A stretch of DNA of 63,997 bases, counting the filler, from Ionaspis alba (Eukaryota): the NCBI GenBank assembly GCA_964255285.1. It is 3 parts of 3 records of this genome, joined end to end, with 100 filler letters (N's around TTAATTAATTAA, not from the genome) between each part and the next. Parts side by side here need not be neighbours in the genome. Positions count along the whole stretch, not along the records: positions 21,504 to 42,900 come from CAXUUL010000225.1; 2 more parts are not named here. One strand, written 5' to 3'. Position 1 is the stretch's first letter. Every line of letters begins with the position of its first letter. Positions 25,371 to 37,048 of the stretch are shown here, piece after piece. Both the position numbers and the translations under genes were made by a program. The notes beneath the pieces were generated by a model that had not been told where the DNA came from, ran no database searches, and saw nothing but the letters and a program-made list of their open reading frames with translations.

Positions 25371-25668
25371 TAGACTTCAGGTTTTTATAGACATAGGATC
25401 CTGGGTAGAGCTTTGATGTCTTTAGAGACGAGCGCTTTGTCACGTGCTCCGGCGTACTTCTATTACACAACGGTTACGTGTAGAGCTGAGACGGATGTCT
25501 TGAATTACCGATGGTGACTTCTGACGCAAAATTACCCGAGATCTTAGAATCGACATTATGTACTTGACTGGGAGACGTGCTGCAGCCCGGTCGTGTTACA
25601 ACCTCTACAGGTGTCCGTCAAATAAGTTGACGATATGTACATTGGATACCTTGCGATATGCATTCCCT

Positions 25669-28182
25669 CTATGATGACCTTGCAAGCTCAATCACCTTAT
25701 CAGCCGCCTCCTCGAAGTCATCAAAGGCATGTAACGGCAATCCGCTCTCAGCAATCTGCTACCAAGTCAGTCCAAGACTCTGTCCTATCATCCAACATGA
25801 CCACTTACCATCTTCTGACCAATCTGCTCATTGGTCCCCCTGAGCCTGACCACAACAGGCAACTTGATCCCTAGATCTTTATATGCAAGCAAAATTCCCT
25901 CGGCAATCATATCACACAGCGTGAGTCCACCAAAGATGTTGACAAAGATAGTCGTCACGCGAGGATCTTTCAAGATGAGGCCAAAGGATTTCTTGACGGT
26001 CTCGCTTGTGGCTTTTCCTCCAGTGTCGAGAAAGTTGGCGCATCGACCACCATGATCATGGATAGCGTCCGTGGTATTCATGGCTAGACCAGCGCCATTA
26101 ACTTTGAGGACAGTCAGCAAATGAACAGAAACTTTGGAGGACGATAGTGGAATACCAAGCGTGCCAATATTCCCATCACCTGCCAATCTAGATCATAAGA
26201 CTTCTTAGCGAGACAACCGGACATGTGGTTTCAGCAAGACAAGGCATACTTTATATACACAATACCGTCCTTCTCCGCTTCGACTTCTTGTGGATCAGCA
26301 TGTTCGAAATCCCTCATCGGCTGTAGATCTTGCTGTCGTTTCCCGCTCCGAAAGGCGGCGTCGTCGAACTGGAAGTCTGCCCCATGAACTGCCCAGCCAC
26401 CTTCTTTCGTTTCCCAGACGCAGATTTTTAGTGTTGATGCTTCCTTTTCTTGGTACAGGCGCATGAGGCCCAAGAGAATGTCTCTCAGTTGTTCATTAAA
26501 CTGCAATTCAGGTTCGAGAGATGCTGCTTCTGTTGCAATGCCTTCGCGGGTGTGCTGATCGGCATTGGGTGGATACGGTACCGCCTTTATCACCTCCACA
26601 TTTGTGCTATCTTGATCCGGAAAATGGGATGCCAGGATCTCAAGGCGTCTAGTCGGTCTTGTCACGCGTATCGTGAACTGAAAGGTCCTGATGGAATGCT
26701 TCGAGATTTCCCGTACTGGAATATCGTAGCTTTTGAGTATGTTAAATGCTTCTGGTTGTGCAATTGAGAGATACCGTTTGCTCGGCTTTGGCGACGATGA
26801 TTGCGGTACAAGTAGTCTGCGGGATGCAGTGTGCATACCTCTTATTTGTGAGAAGTTCTTACTCGGTGAGCGCATATGTCAGTACGGCCCGATGTCTGAT
26901 ATTATCACAACCTACCGCAGGATTTGCACCAATTTGGCCACCCAGTAACTGTTTCATAATGTTGCCAAATTTTGCTGGGTGGTTCGTCATGACAACACCA
27001 GCTTTTTCAAGAGCTCGATACTTGCTCTCCGCAGTCCCTTCGCCCAGGGCTGTGTAAGCACCGGCATGGCCCATGATTCGGCCTGGTGCAACCTGGAAGC
27101 CGGCGACCAGGCCCATGATAGGTCTCAACAAGCTGTTAGCATACTCAATTTTCGACGATTAATTCTTGATATTACTTGGGACTCTTAGTCCTCTGATGGT
27201 AATCCGCAATCCAATCTGCAGCTTCCTCCTCGGCACTTCCTCCCAACTCTCCGACGATGATGATGCCTTTGGTTGCTTCATCTTGCTCAAAGACAGTCAA
27301 GGCATCCACGAAATCTGTTCCTGGAAGGACATCTCCTCCCATACCAATCACAAGGCTTTGACCAACACCTGCTCGAGTCGTGGATGCAACAGTCTCGTAA
27401 CTTAGTGTGCCTGACTTGGCAACGATTCCTACGCTGCCTTTTGTGAAACATGGGATAGGGGGAAATCCAATTCTACATCTGCCTATAGGAGAGATCATGC
27501 CCGGACAGTTGGGACCGACGAGCCTCGATTTGGACTGCGTTCTGAGCATCTGATGAATCTATTGGCTTTAGTAATTGAGGCATTCCATTTCTGGGCATTT
27601 TGACCTCACTCGAAGCTGGTCATGTAGTGGAATGTGCTCCGCCACTGCAACAATCAGGGGTATTTCTGCTGCTACCGCTTCTTCGATAGCTCCGGCTGCC
27701 TGACCTGCGGCGACGTAGACAGCTGTTGCGTCTGGATTGAGCTGTTCCTTGGCCTGAAGAGAGAAAAACTCAGCGCGTCTCCAGAGAAGATCGAGCATGT
27801 TGAACGACTCATTGGTTGTCGTTATCACTCACAGCTCGCATTGATGGGAGAACGGGGAGCCCAAGATGCTCGCCTGTTCTCCCTGGCCTCACGCCACCCA
27901 CAATCTTCGTGCCATATTCTATTGACTGCTTGGCATCAAACGTGGCCTGAAAGGTCTCAGTAGACATTCAAGTGGATCAGAACCAGTATGCTATACCTGC
28001 CTGCCTGTAAACCCCTGGAACACAACTCTCGTGTGAGATCCAATCTTCAAATTCGGGATGGTTTTCTCATTTCGACGTAAACAAGCACCGGTGAAAAACA
28101 GATTCAATTGACGATGACTATAATTGAAGAATATATTACAAGATGTGCTTTGCCTTCTCAACGATAGATGCCGAATTATCAT
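25669..28182 (-). CDS. Fused succinyl-CoA ligase-like protein: alpha subunit + degenerate beta subunit in one gene
   Basis: Alpha motifs: [40 protein letters not shown]. Beta motifs: [42 protein letters not shown]. Introns 27947-27996, 27754-27832, 27559-27609, 27124(or 27133)-27175, 26858-26915, 26188-26248, 26102-26155 and 25756-25808 give one open frame to TAG at 25669-25671. Confidence 0.85.
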
Positions 28183-28667
28183 GGTGTTAAATCAGAATCA
28201 ATTGAGTAGAAAAGATTGTCAGCTTGTTCGTCGAGGCAAATGCAGTATGAAATCACAAAGCAACGCTTGGAAAACAAGAGATATTGGGAGTGAATATCAC
28301 ATTTCTACACAAGACCTCCTCCGATCACGGCTAAATGGGCAAATGCTGATCAACATTCGTCTCCTTCGTTATCCTTGTCGTCCGGCACAGCGGAAACCGA
28401 AAAAAACGTGGGGTTGTCCCCAAAGTCCAGCCCTGCGGCATGAAACGTGGGGGGTGGGGCAGCAGCAACCATCCAGATCCCGCCGTGCCGATCGCTGACA
28501 CTCTGGCTTCCAACACCATCTTACATTCCAGCCTGCCATTTCTCAGCGTAGTGTCGACGCCAGTGTCTCAATCCTCACGAATCCACTATTCCACTCAATC
28601 TTCAATCAAAAAGCCCCACTTCGCACCTTTCATCCCAACCATTCGATACCTTTCATCCAATCCCAAG

Positions 28668-29255
28668 ATGTCGGTAGCAGAGCGCAGACGACAAGGTAAC
28701 AAAGCACCCGCGTACTTGCATACCCGCGACGCACTATACTGGCAATTAACCGCTCCAGATGTCGAGGCATCCCTCGGCGGCCTTTCCCTTTCCTCTTCGT
28801 CGCACAAAACCAAGAAAAAAGTCCCAAAGCAGCAAACTTCGACAATTGCCGACTCCTGGGAAGAGGACGCATCCTCCGATACCGAGACGGAGGACTCTCC
28901 TCGTCCCAACGGCAACGACTTTCCTAGTGCTCCGCCTCCAACGCCGATTTCGCCTACATCAACCACTGCGAGAGCAGGCTGGGGCGAGTTCGAGAATCCC
29001 TATTCTCCTAACGGAGGTGATGGCTTGATGAGCCCTGCCAGACCGAACTTTAGACCTGAGAAGCAGACGGCTGTAGCCGGGAGACTCATTGCTGGGGCAT
29101 TGGGGGTTAGGGCTCCGAAGAAGACAGAGGAGCAGAGACAGTATGATAAGGCTATGAAGGAGAAAGAGATTCGACGACGAGAGAAGGAAAGGGAGGGCAA
29201 GAGGAGGGAGGAGGAGGACGTGCAGAAGGCTAAGGCGGCGATTTGGGATTCTTGA
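28668..29255 (+). CDS. Conserved fungal hypothetical protein with an R3HCC1-like C-terminal motif
   Basis: ATG at 28668 and a probable in-frame intron at 28696-28758. ADSWEE motif, then RPEKQTAVAGRLIAGALGVR followed by a charged coiled coil ending AIWDS. Confidence 0.7.
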   Translation: MSVAERRRQGNKAPAYLHTRDALYWQLTAPDVEASLGGLSLSSSSHKTKKKVPKQQTSTIADSWEEDASSDTETEDSPRPNGNDFPSAPPPTPISPTSTTARAGWGEFENPYSPNGGDGLMSPARPNFRPEKQTAVAGRLIAGALGVRAPKKTEEQRQYDKAMKEKEIRRREKEREGKRREEEDVQKAKAAIWDS

Positions 29256-29544
29256 TTTGTGTTGGTCATTCTTCAGATATTTGTGGATTTTCTCTGGGGT
29301 GGAAATATGTCTTGATTAGGTGGGATTGAATCCTTTAGAATTACTGTTGGAAATTTTGGTATCCTGCTGCCGAGGGATATAGGTCTTTTGTACAACTAGT
29401 TTCCTTCTGGATGTTTTTTACTCTACAGAGACGGTGAATGAGTCAGTTGCCGGTGACACAGACAGGGATATATGCACAGATTTCATGATTCATATAGCCA
29501 TCGATGTTGTGGGTGACCAGGATATTTATTTGCCATTTATCAGA

Positions 29545-29644
29545 NNNNNNNNNNNNNNNNNNNNNNNNNNNNNNNNNNNNNNNNNNNNNNNNNNNNNNNN
29601 NNNNNNNNNNNNNNNNNNNNNNNNNNNNNNNNNNNNNNNNNNNN
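29545..29644. other. 100-N gap flanked by an exact 55-nt duplication
   Basis: 29490-29544 is identical to 29645-29699. Confidence 0.92.
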
Positions 29645-29937
29645 TCATATAGCCATCGATGTTGTGGGTGACCAGGATATTTATTTGCCATTTATCAGAA
29701 ACATGCTGGTCACAAAGATGTCGAGACCAAGCTAGTACTTCCTGTGAGAAGCTTCAAAGATGTGGATACCACTAGGACGCCACGAGCGCCCGCTTCTCCA
29801 CCTGGATAGACGAAAATCTAGAAACCATAGATACTGGTGCAAGCTCTCCGATTTGCGCTCGATCTTCCCAAATATCCTGCGTGGCTGACGATGAACGTGC
29901 CGCCGTCAACGGTGCCTCCTTAGATGTGCAGGCGAGT

Positions 29938-30297
29938 CTAGCAACCTCCAATCTGCTCCTGGTGTACTTCCAAAGTGTCGCCATCTTGCATGTCCAACTA
30001 GAAAAAACAGGAGTCAGCACTGCTAGAACCGAACTTTGCAGGTGGGAGAAGGAGACTTACTGTATCAGGACTGTCTGTCTGGTTCACACGAGCCCCATCG
30101 AACAGAAAGCGCACAGTCTTGGGATCTTTGCCTTGTCGATCACAGAAGGCGTCCATAAGCTTCTTCAAGGCTGTTGTCCGCTTGATTTTGAAGAATACTT
30201 CATTGTTGTTGTCGGTGACTTTGATGTTAAGATGCTCCGATGGAGGCTGATCAGTGGGCTTGTCGGCTGCACCTGGCGACTGATCTTGTTCTGACAT
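29938..30297 (-). CDS. SMT3: SUMO (small ubiquitin-like modifier), 98 aa
   Basis: EHLNIKVTDNNNEVFFKIKRTT, RFLFDG and a C-terminal EQIGG-C. Coding intron 29998-30060; an apparent 5'UTR intron at 30380-30447 (GTACGT..GCTGAC..TAG). Confidence 0.97.
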
Positions 30298-30869
30298 TCT
30301 GGTTGATGTTATGGAGGGGTCTGTGTGAGAAAGACGATGAGACAGCGGTTGTGTCGATGTGGAACGTCAAGGGCGTAATCTATGGGGGGATTTAGGCGTC
30401 AGCTGTCGAAAAGTACAGTAAATAAGATGTGGGGAGGGATGACGTACCTGTGACCGTAGAGTAAAGTGAAGAGATCTAGTCGCTGTTGTGTGAGGCGATC
30501 AGTAGACTTGAACGTAGTGAAGGGAAAGCAAGGCGGATGAGTTCGTGAAGTTTTTTATCGTTGGAAAAGAAAGAGGCTGCGTTGTTGCCCCGCTACGGGG
30601 ACGTTGAAGTCAAAGTCGTCCCACACAAGCGAGGCGGGTAACTTCAAACTCTGCTCTCTGTATGCACTTTGCCACACCAAACATTGAAGCTGAAACTCAA
30701 CTACGACGATTCAGGATGATATGAGACGCTTGGCCATAACTGCAGACTACATTTGGCGTCCTGTCTGGACCATCGACATCGTGTTTCAGGCCGATGAGAA
30801 GATTGATCAGTCGGAAATCAACCGCCCGTCTTCCCAGTGAAAAGGCTCTGTGATGAACATCAGTGTCAA

Positions 30870-31298
30870 ATGATGGTAAAGGTTTTGTCATCTGTCCATG
30901 CAGGACAGGCTCTGATGAGCTATCGTAGGGAGCGCCCAAGGATCTGGATACCGACCCCCCATGTCATCGACTTGCGGTGAGTTGTCTCTACAATCTATAG
31001 TGTCCGACTAACGTCTACAGTGTGCAATTCAAGGTGAGCAGTACTCACCATCGGAGGCATGTTCTGCCATGTTTTGGAGCCTCAGAGAACAACTTGGAGA
31101 GTAAATTCTGACAAATGACCATAAGACTGTCTAGCTAAGAACTCGTATTCAGAGGATAAGTGTAAGGCACAGGTAGATGCACTATACGAATGCTGCAACT
31201 CCTTCTATCAGCAGAAGGGAGATAATGCACAGACCGTCAGCTGCCCAAAAGCTAGTCTTCTGCGGCTTAAGATGAAGCAACGAGCCCAGCGTATATAG
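30870..31298 (+). CDS. CMC4: Mitochondrial IMS twin Cx9C protein Cmc4 (MTCP1/p8 family), absent from ORF track
   Basis: Exons 30870(or 30873)-30875, 30929-30976, 31021-31033 and 31126-31298. Product: MGAPKDLDTDPPCHRLACAIQDCLAKNSYSEDKCKAQVDALYECCNSFYQQKGDNAQTVSCPKASLLRLKMKQRAQRI, with two C-x9-C motifs. Confidence 0.9.
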
Positions 31299-31841
31299 AC
31301 CAAATCTCATGATAAGAATTTGTGTTTTACCTTCCTATGCCAGAATTCCTTATAGCAAGAAGAATACTTGGGAGTTTTCTTCAAAATTTGTAGCAGCGAG
31401 CTTTGCTTTCAAAGCCTTCAAATCTCCAGGAGAGATCTGGTCTGATGTACAGCTGCTGCCATTATCGATCTTAGACGATCGTGAGCACGCAAGGAGATCC
31501 TCAAGGGACCTGAACAAACACCAATATATACTCCAATGTGGAGGTCTGTTCCGAGACTCTAATGATTGCCTGTAAGACATTGTTGAAAAAAGGAAAACTT
31601 TCGTTGTTCAGATTGATGTTAAATTCAAGACGCGCTAAATTTCTCAAATTAGGCGCGCGTTCTGGATGTTGATTGGAAGTGAGCCCCAAGTTCGTTAGCT
31701 GCATGAGAACTCACCTAACCTCAGCAACTCTTATGTGTAAAGTTGGGTAGGCTTTGATGGTATAATCAGCTCTTACATGTGCCGTGCCACCTCAGGATAG
31801 ATCCAGTTTGTCTGGACTGTGTCCCAAGGAGGCGACCAGAA

Positions 31842-34800
31842 ATGGCAAACCGAGCGCGAGTAGGATACATCTCTGAGGTCATAACTTGCAAAGCTGACTG
31901 GATCTCTGCAGCGTACAACAAGAGAGGCGAGCTGGGACAGTCTTCGCGTAAGACTTATAACCATAGTTTACTGTATAGACCATTGCTAAAACACTACGAA
32001 GCATTCTGAGGTTTCCAACGAGTCCAATAGGGACGAAGAATTCGAAGAAGAATCTCGAAGCCCGGAACTTCGTACTGTTGGAGATGTTCAGCGCGCAATC
32101 CACCCTCTCAGAGAGACTGCAGATCGAGTGGGGAAGCAAGTTGAGCAGTTTGCAGAAACGTTAGATCGTCTAAGTAACCGGCCACGACAACATTTGGTGA
32201 AGGAGAGTGGACATGTCCTTCCTCTAGTTCAGGAATACGAGAAAATCGCTGCGGATACTGTGAAGCGTTTAAAGAAGCATCATGAACCAGAGCGGCAGGA
32301 GAAGCTTAAGAAAAGCTGGAAACGAAGGGCACGGGGCTCCAGTGGACGCTCCACACCAATCACCATACATGAAGATGATGATAATCACGAAAGCATTCAT
32401 ACTACAGTCGAAGATCTACAATACTGGGAGCAAGAGCGACAGACTTGGCATCTTCTCGGGCTCATGCTTCAAATCGAGTTTCCGGTTCAGGATTTCGAAC
32501 ACAATATCGACCCAGATCAGCGTCTCATACGACCTAACAAAGATGCGGATCCTCACCGCTTCTCCTCCGAGCAAGTCATATGGAACCACTTTCTGGCGGA
32601 GGACAACGATGCATGGGAACGACATGTAGTGGTCGAATGGTTGAAATCTACCGCGGAAAGCTCTGGGCAGGACATTGATGCTGTGGTTGAACAGCTTGAG
32701 CAAAGCGCTGAGCGAGGGACGAAACTTTGGGCTCATGGATGGTTATACTCTAAAGAAGCAATTAAAGGACAGAAAAGACTTCGGTCTTGGCCACAACCGC
32801 TCGATCCTGACTCTCCTGGTATAGAAACTTCGCTAATGAATACCGAGAAGACGCAAGGTCTAGTCACACAGCTTGATCCTGATGCAGTCACTCGTCAAGG
32901 AAGAACGCTAGAGAAAGAAGACATATCGTTCGAGAGGGCGACGTGGCTAGCGTGCTGGGAGATGGTCAGGCGGGGGAGGAGCTGGCAGTCCATACGTGAA
33001 TGGTGTACGGACCGAGTCGAGGGTTGGAGAGCACTGTCAATGCGTGGGGATCCTCGAGACGACCACAGTGACATAACTGGGATTGGGACGGGAGCCATCA
33101 GTGGTTGTCAGTCGAGATCTTTGTGGCGTCAGATGTGCGCCAAAGCGGCGAAGAAGGGTGGTATCGACGACTATGAGAATGCTGTCTACGGTGTACTTAG
33201 TGGCGACCTACAAAGTGTTGAGAAGGTCATACGTTCCTGGGACGACCACTTGTTCGCCCACTACAATTCCTATTTGATACGCGGCTTCGACTCCTACCTA
33301 AACGTCCGCTACGCCGATCGTATTCCTCAGTTGCTTAGAGACCGACAGAACATATCAGATTCGGCGCCAATATCCGGTACGGAGATCGTGGAGAGGCTCT
33401 GGCATTCAGACGCATTCGAAAAGGAGGCTCGGAGTCCAATGAAAATGCTCCAAGGCAGTCTCATAGGCAAGCGATTCGAAGAGTTCGCCAACAAGCATGG
33501 GCTCAGGTTAGCGCAAGCAGCGAATGCGCACGAAGAATCCAAGATCATGCGAGTGACGGACGCGGACGTGCTAGCCACCAGTGTTACCGCCGATATCACT
33601 CTCAACGACCATAACTTTCTACGAATTCTCACACACATGATCTTCGTCTTTCAAGATCTCGAAACTGACATGACAAAGACGTACGGCCAGGAGAATATAA
33701 TTGTGGCTTACATTGATTATCTCGGCAAGGCTGGCAAACAGCAGCTACTACCACTATATGCATCTCGGCTGTCACCAAGACGAGCCATAGAGTGTATGGC
33801 TAGACAATTGCCCTTCATTACTGACGCCAATGACCGATACACAATTATGGCGCTGATGAAAGAATATAAGATGGACGTTGTGACCATACTCTACACGCAG
33901 CTAATGATGATTATTCTGGATACTCCACCTGATTTCGACAATACCAGAGGATTTCCCCATCCTAGATTCCTCGAACGAAGCAGCGGTCAGAACGGTATCC
34001 GTCCAATAAAGAAAGACTTCATTGGATATCTAGCCTCCCAGGACGAACAGGATCTTATACATGGAATGGAGTGGTATCTGCTACTTGATGGAGAATGGGA
34101 AGCCACAATGACTGCCGGCACCATCGTATACATGCACCTCCTGAGTGAGTCTAAATTTCCGTGTCCGCAGACAATCCTTAGCTGACTAACTTGTAATCAA
34201 GGGACCAGGGGTCTCGCTCCTGCCAGACAGCTGTCAAACGTAGTCAGCTTTCCCACAATTTCGCTCAACAAAACATTACCATTATTTGGGCGTGCTATAG
34301 ATTTATCCACAAGTCAGCCCCCAAGCGAGGACGAGCATGAGCAATCAGGCAACCTACGGCGCAGTACGCGGTCGAGAAGTGTCCAGGTCCAGAATCGTCG
34401 TAGCTCAGTCAGGCGGACAGAGAAGATGCAAAGAGATCTTCTGCTTGCTTCTGCAGAAACATTTCGAGATCTCGAGTGTCTTATGATCGCTCTCGATGCT
34501 TTGGAGGAGTGGAGAGATGTCCAAGATCAAGCACCTTCGTGAGTTGAGATCGCGGATCATTTCATTTTGCATGTTTGCGGGCTTGGGTGTAAGAAGTTAA
34601 CAATCCATGTAGGTCAAAAGAGGCCCGTTTTGCTCGAGACTGGAAGACGAGACTACACAGAGCTCAAAATGCCGTTGATTCTGCAATGCAACCCCTACTA
34701 CATGGCTGGCTTCAAAAGCCTCGAGACGGTATGATACTCTTGCATGTGCCCGAGACTGTTACTGATGTGGTATATGATAGATCACGAAGCTAGAGATCTT

Positions 34801-35112
34801 CAAGCCATCCGAGTTGCTTATCTGCCTGAGGTTGTCCTAGCGTACAATAGCGTGCTCTATTACGGCGGACACAACATCAGTCGCGACATGTTACTGAAGT
34901 GCCTAGATCTGGCTGCTATCGTTGCCGCTGAGGACTCCGAAGTAGCGGAATGCTTCATCGATGCGGGGCGCATGTCGGAGCTTGTGGATGCGATGGCGGT
35001 TGTGAGTAAGAGCATTCTGCGTGCACAAGAGCAGGGGAAGAAATTAGCCAAGAGCAAGAGATTGGATGGACAGACTTTGGCAATCTGGAATCTCAAGACA
35101 GACTCATCTTAG
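31842..35112 (+). CDS. NUP84: Nucleoporin Nup84/Nup107
   Basis: LRETADRVGKQVEQFA, GLVTQLDPDAVTRQ, CWEMVRRG, YENAVYGVLSGD and IRVAYLPEVVLAY motifs. Introns 31860-31911, 31948-32001, 34145-34201, 34539-34612 and 34729-34780. Confidence 0.92.
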
Positions 35113-35438
35113 ATGGCCAATGCTTCACTCATGACACAGAACGGGTATAGAGCTGCATTTGAAGCATTCCCATCCCGCCAAGAGCTCGGGAGTCGTTCAT
35201 GAGGTTTTAGGGGGGCTTCTTATGGTACGTTTGAGGCAGATATTTAGAATTTGTGGCATGTTGGCATTAGTCTGATCGCTGGTATTTATATATCCCGTCT
35301 TCTACATAGCTGCAGCAATTAGAAACTACTTTATCCGGAACGAATGAATTCAACGAAATTTTCAAAAACAAAAATTAAAAAATTGATGACTTTTATATGG
35401 CAACCTCCTATGGGATGCACCCAATATCCTACGTGCCA

Positions 35439-35538
35439 NNNNNNNNNNNNNNNNNNNNNNNNNNNNNNNNNNNNNNNNNNNNNNNNNNNNNNNNNNNNNN
35501 NNNNNNNNNNNNNNNNNNNNNNNNNNNNNNNNNNNNNN
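35439..35538. other. 100-N gap flanked by an exact 55-nt duplication
   Basis: 35384-35438 is identical to 35539-35593. Confidence 0.92.
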
Positions 35539-35890
35539 TGATGACTTTTATATGGCAACCTCCTATGGGATGCACCCAATATCCTACGTGCCACGAACTC
35601 TACTCATCCGCGTCGGTCCATGAATGTTAAAAGGCGTGGCAGCTAGGGGAGGACAACGACCCACATTGGCACGACGGCAAGAAGCATCGGGAGTGTCTGG
35701 CAGCATCCTACTGGCTATGGATCTACGAATCATACCGTTTCTACAATGCATGCTTAGCTCATAAACCCTTGTGTTGATTTGAAGAACAGCTTTGCGTGGC
35801 GCTTAGTTTGTTATGGTGATACATACCAGTTTGTGGCAGATAGTGCGACAGCACAGTTGCTGTCACACAAGCTCTGTAACCTGAATTCTT

Positions 35891-35898
35891 GAGGCTCA
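35891..35898 (+). promoter_or_regulatory. Candidate calcineurin-dependent response element (Crz1 site) upstream of PMC1
   Basis: GAGGCTCA matches the GNGGCKCA consensus, about 1.15 kb upstream of the PMC1 ATG. Several further GNGGC cores lie nearby. PMC1 is an established Crz1 target. Confidence 0.4.
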
Positions 35899-37048
35899 GT
35901 CACCGAGGCAAAAGAGACCAGAATGATAATTAGCTAGAAAAATTGCATTCGAACAACAAGAAACGGTGGAGACGCCATGTGGATCGCCTCTTCACTTCGA
36001 TCTATTCAGACAAAGTTGTGGATCTTAGACGGTTCCTTCCCGTAAGACGTTTACTTGCGGTGTATGCTTGCCGTTTCTCCGCGGTTAGGCTAGGCTGACT
36101 CCAAAAGTCTGAAGTGTGTTGCAGAATGGACCTTAGATGACCTACCGCCAGATCCCGGCTTCGTAGGCTCCTTCTCCTTTTCACGGGCAAATTATATGTA
36201 ATGATTATGTGTGCGCAATCATGGACGGCACATTGTGTTACTAGGATTGGAAGGTAAGCGCAGACACGGAAGCTCGAGGCCCTTTGAAAAAACTCTTGGC
36301 TCATGCCAATGATTGAGGCAGTGCAAAATGCCAAGCTCTCAACCCCAATACGCATCCAAAGGACCCTTCGGGGGGCCCATGACGAGTGCTACTGTAGTGC
36401 TTCACCTTCAAAGATTCTTCACTGTGTGGTACTGCCGGCATTCACCACTATCAGAAGACCGAGGCCCGGGTGAGAGATTCCGGGAATTATGGACAGGCGC
36501 TGAAGATATCGTCAATGGCGATACAGACCGAAGTAAACACTTTCCGTGGGAAACCGCATGGACAAAGAACCTCAGGCTTGTGGATGCTCCCGGGTAAGAG
36601 GGTGTTGGGCAGAAGAAAACCGTGGACAAGCTCTCTGGGTGATACTGGAGCCTCCTTGGCTGTTATCGAAGTATGTCATTCAATCCAGAAAATCCAGTGT
36701 GGAAGGCCATCATTTTCTAGCTGTCATCTGCAGTATCCGTTTGCTAGGTACAATGTTCTAACAGTCGCTATTCGAAGATATAGGAACCACCAACTTGCCA
36801 CCCGGCAGTCGTTCCTTCTATCCGCCTTGATCTGGGCAGTGAGGTAACTGAGAACACCAAACTCTACAAGCCTGCCAAACAACATCCTATGTGGTTCAGG
36901 ACGTGACGGGCTCACTTCAACCCACCTACTCCACGATCACTGTTACAGCAACAGACCTATTGCTGCAGCTTTTCCCTTATCTACAACATCGCTTCATAAT
37001 AGTTCTACATCTTGCGGTCAACGTATTCTGGTTACCACAGAGGATATC

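Noticed and set aside
29490..29699. 55-nt direct repeat as an LTR, TSD or CRISPR-like repeat (also 35384-35593)
   Set aside because: The copies abut an N gap and have the same length at both loci, so a contig-overlap artefact is the simplest explanation.
35600..37000. ORFs of 60-125 aa upstream of PMC1
   Set aside because: No recognisable motifs or coherent exon chain; more likely promoter and 5'UTR.
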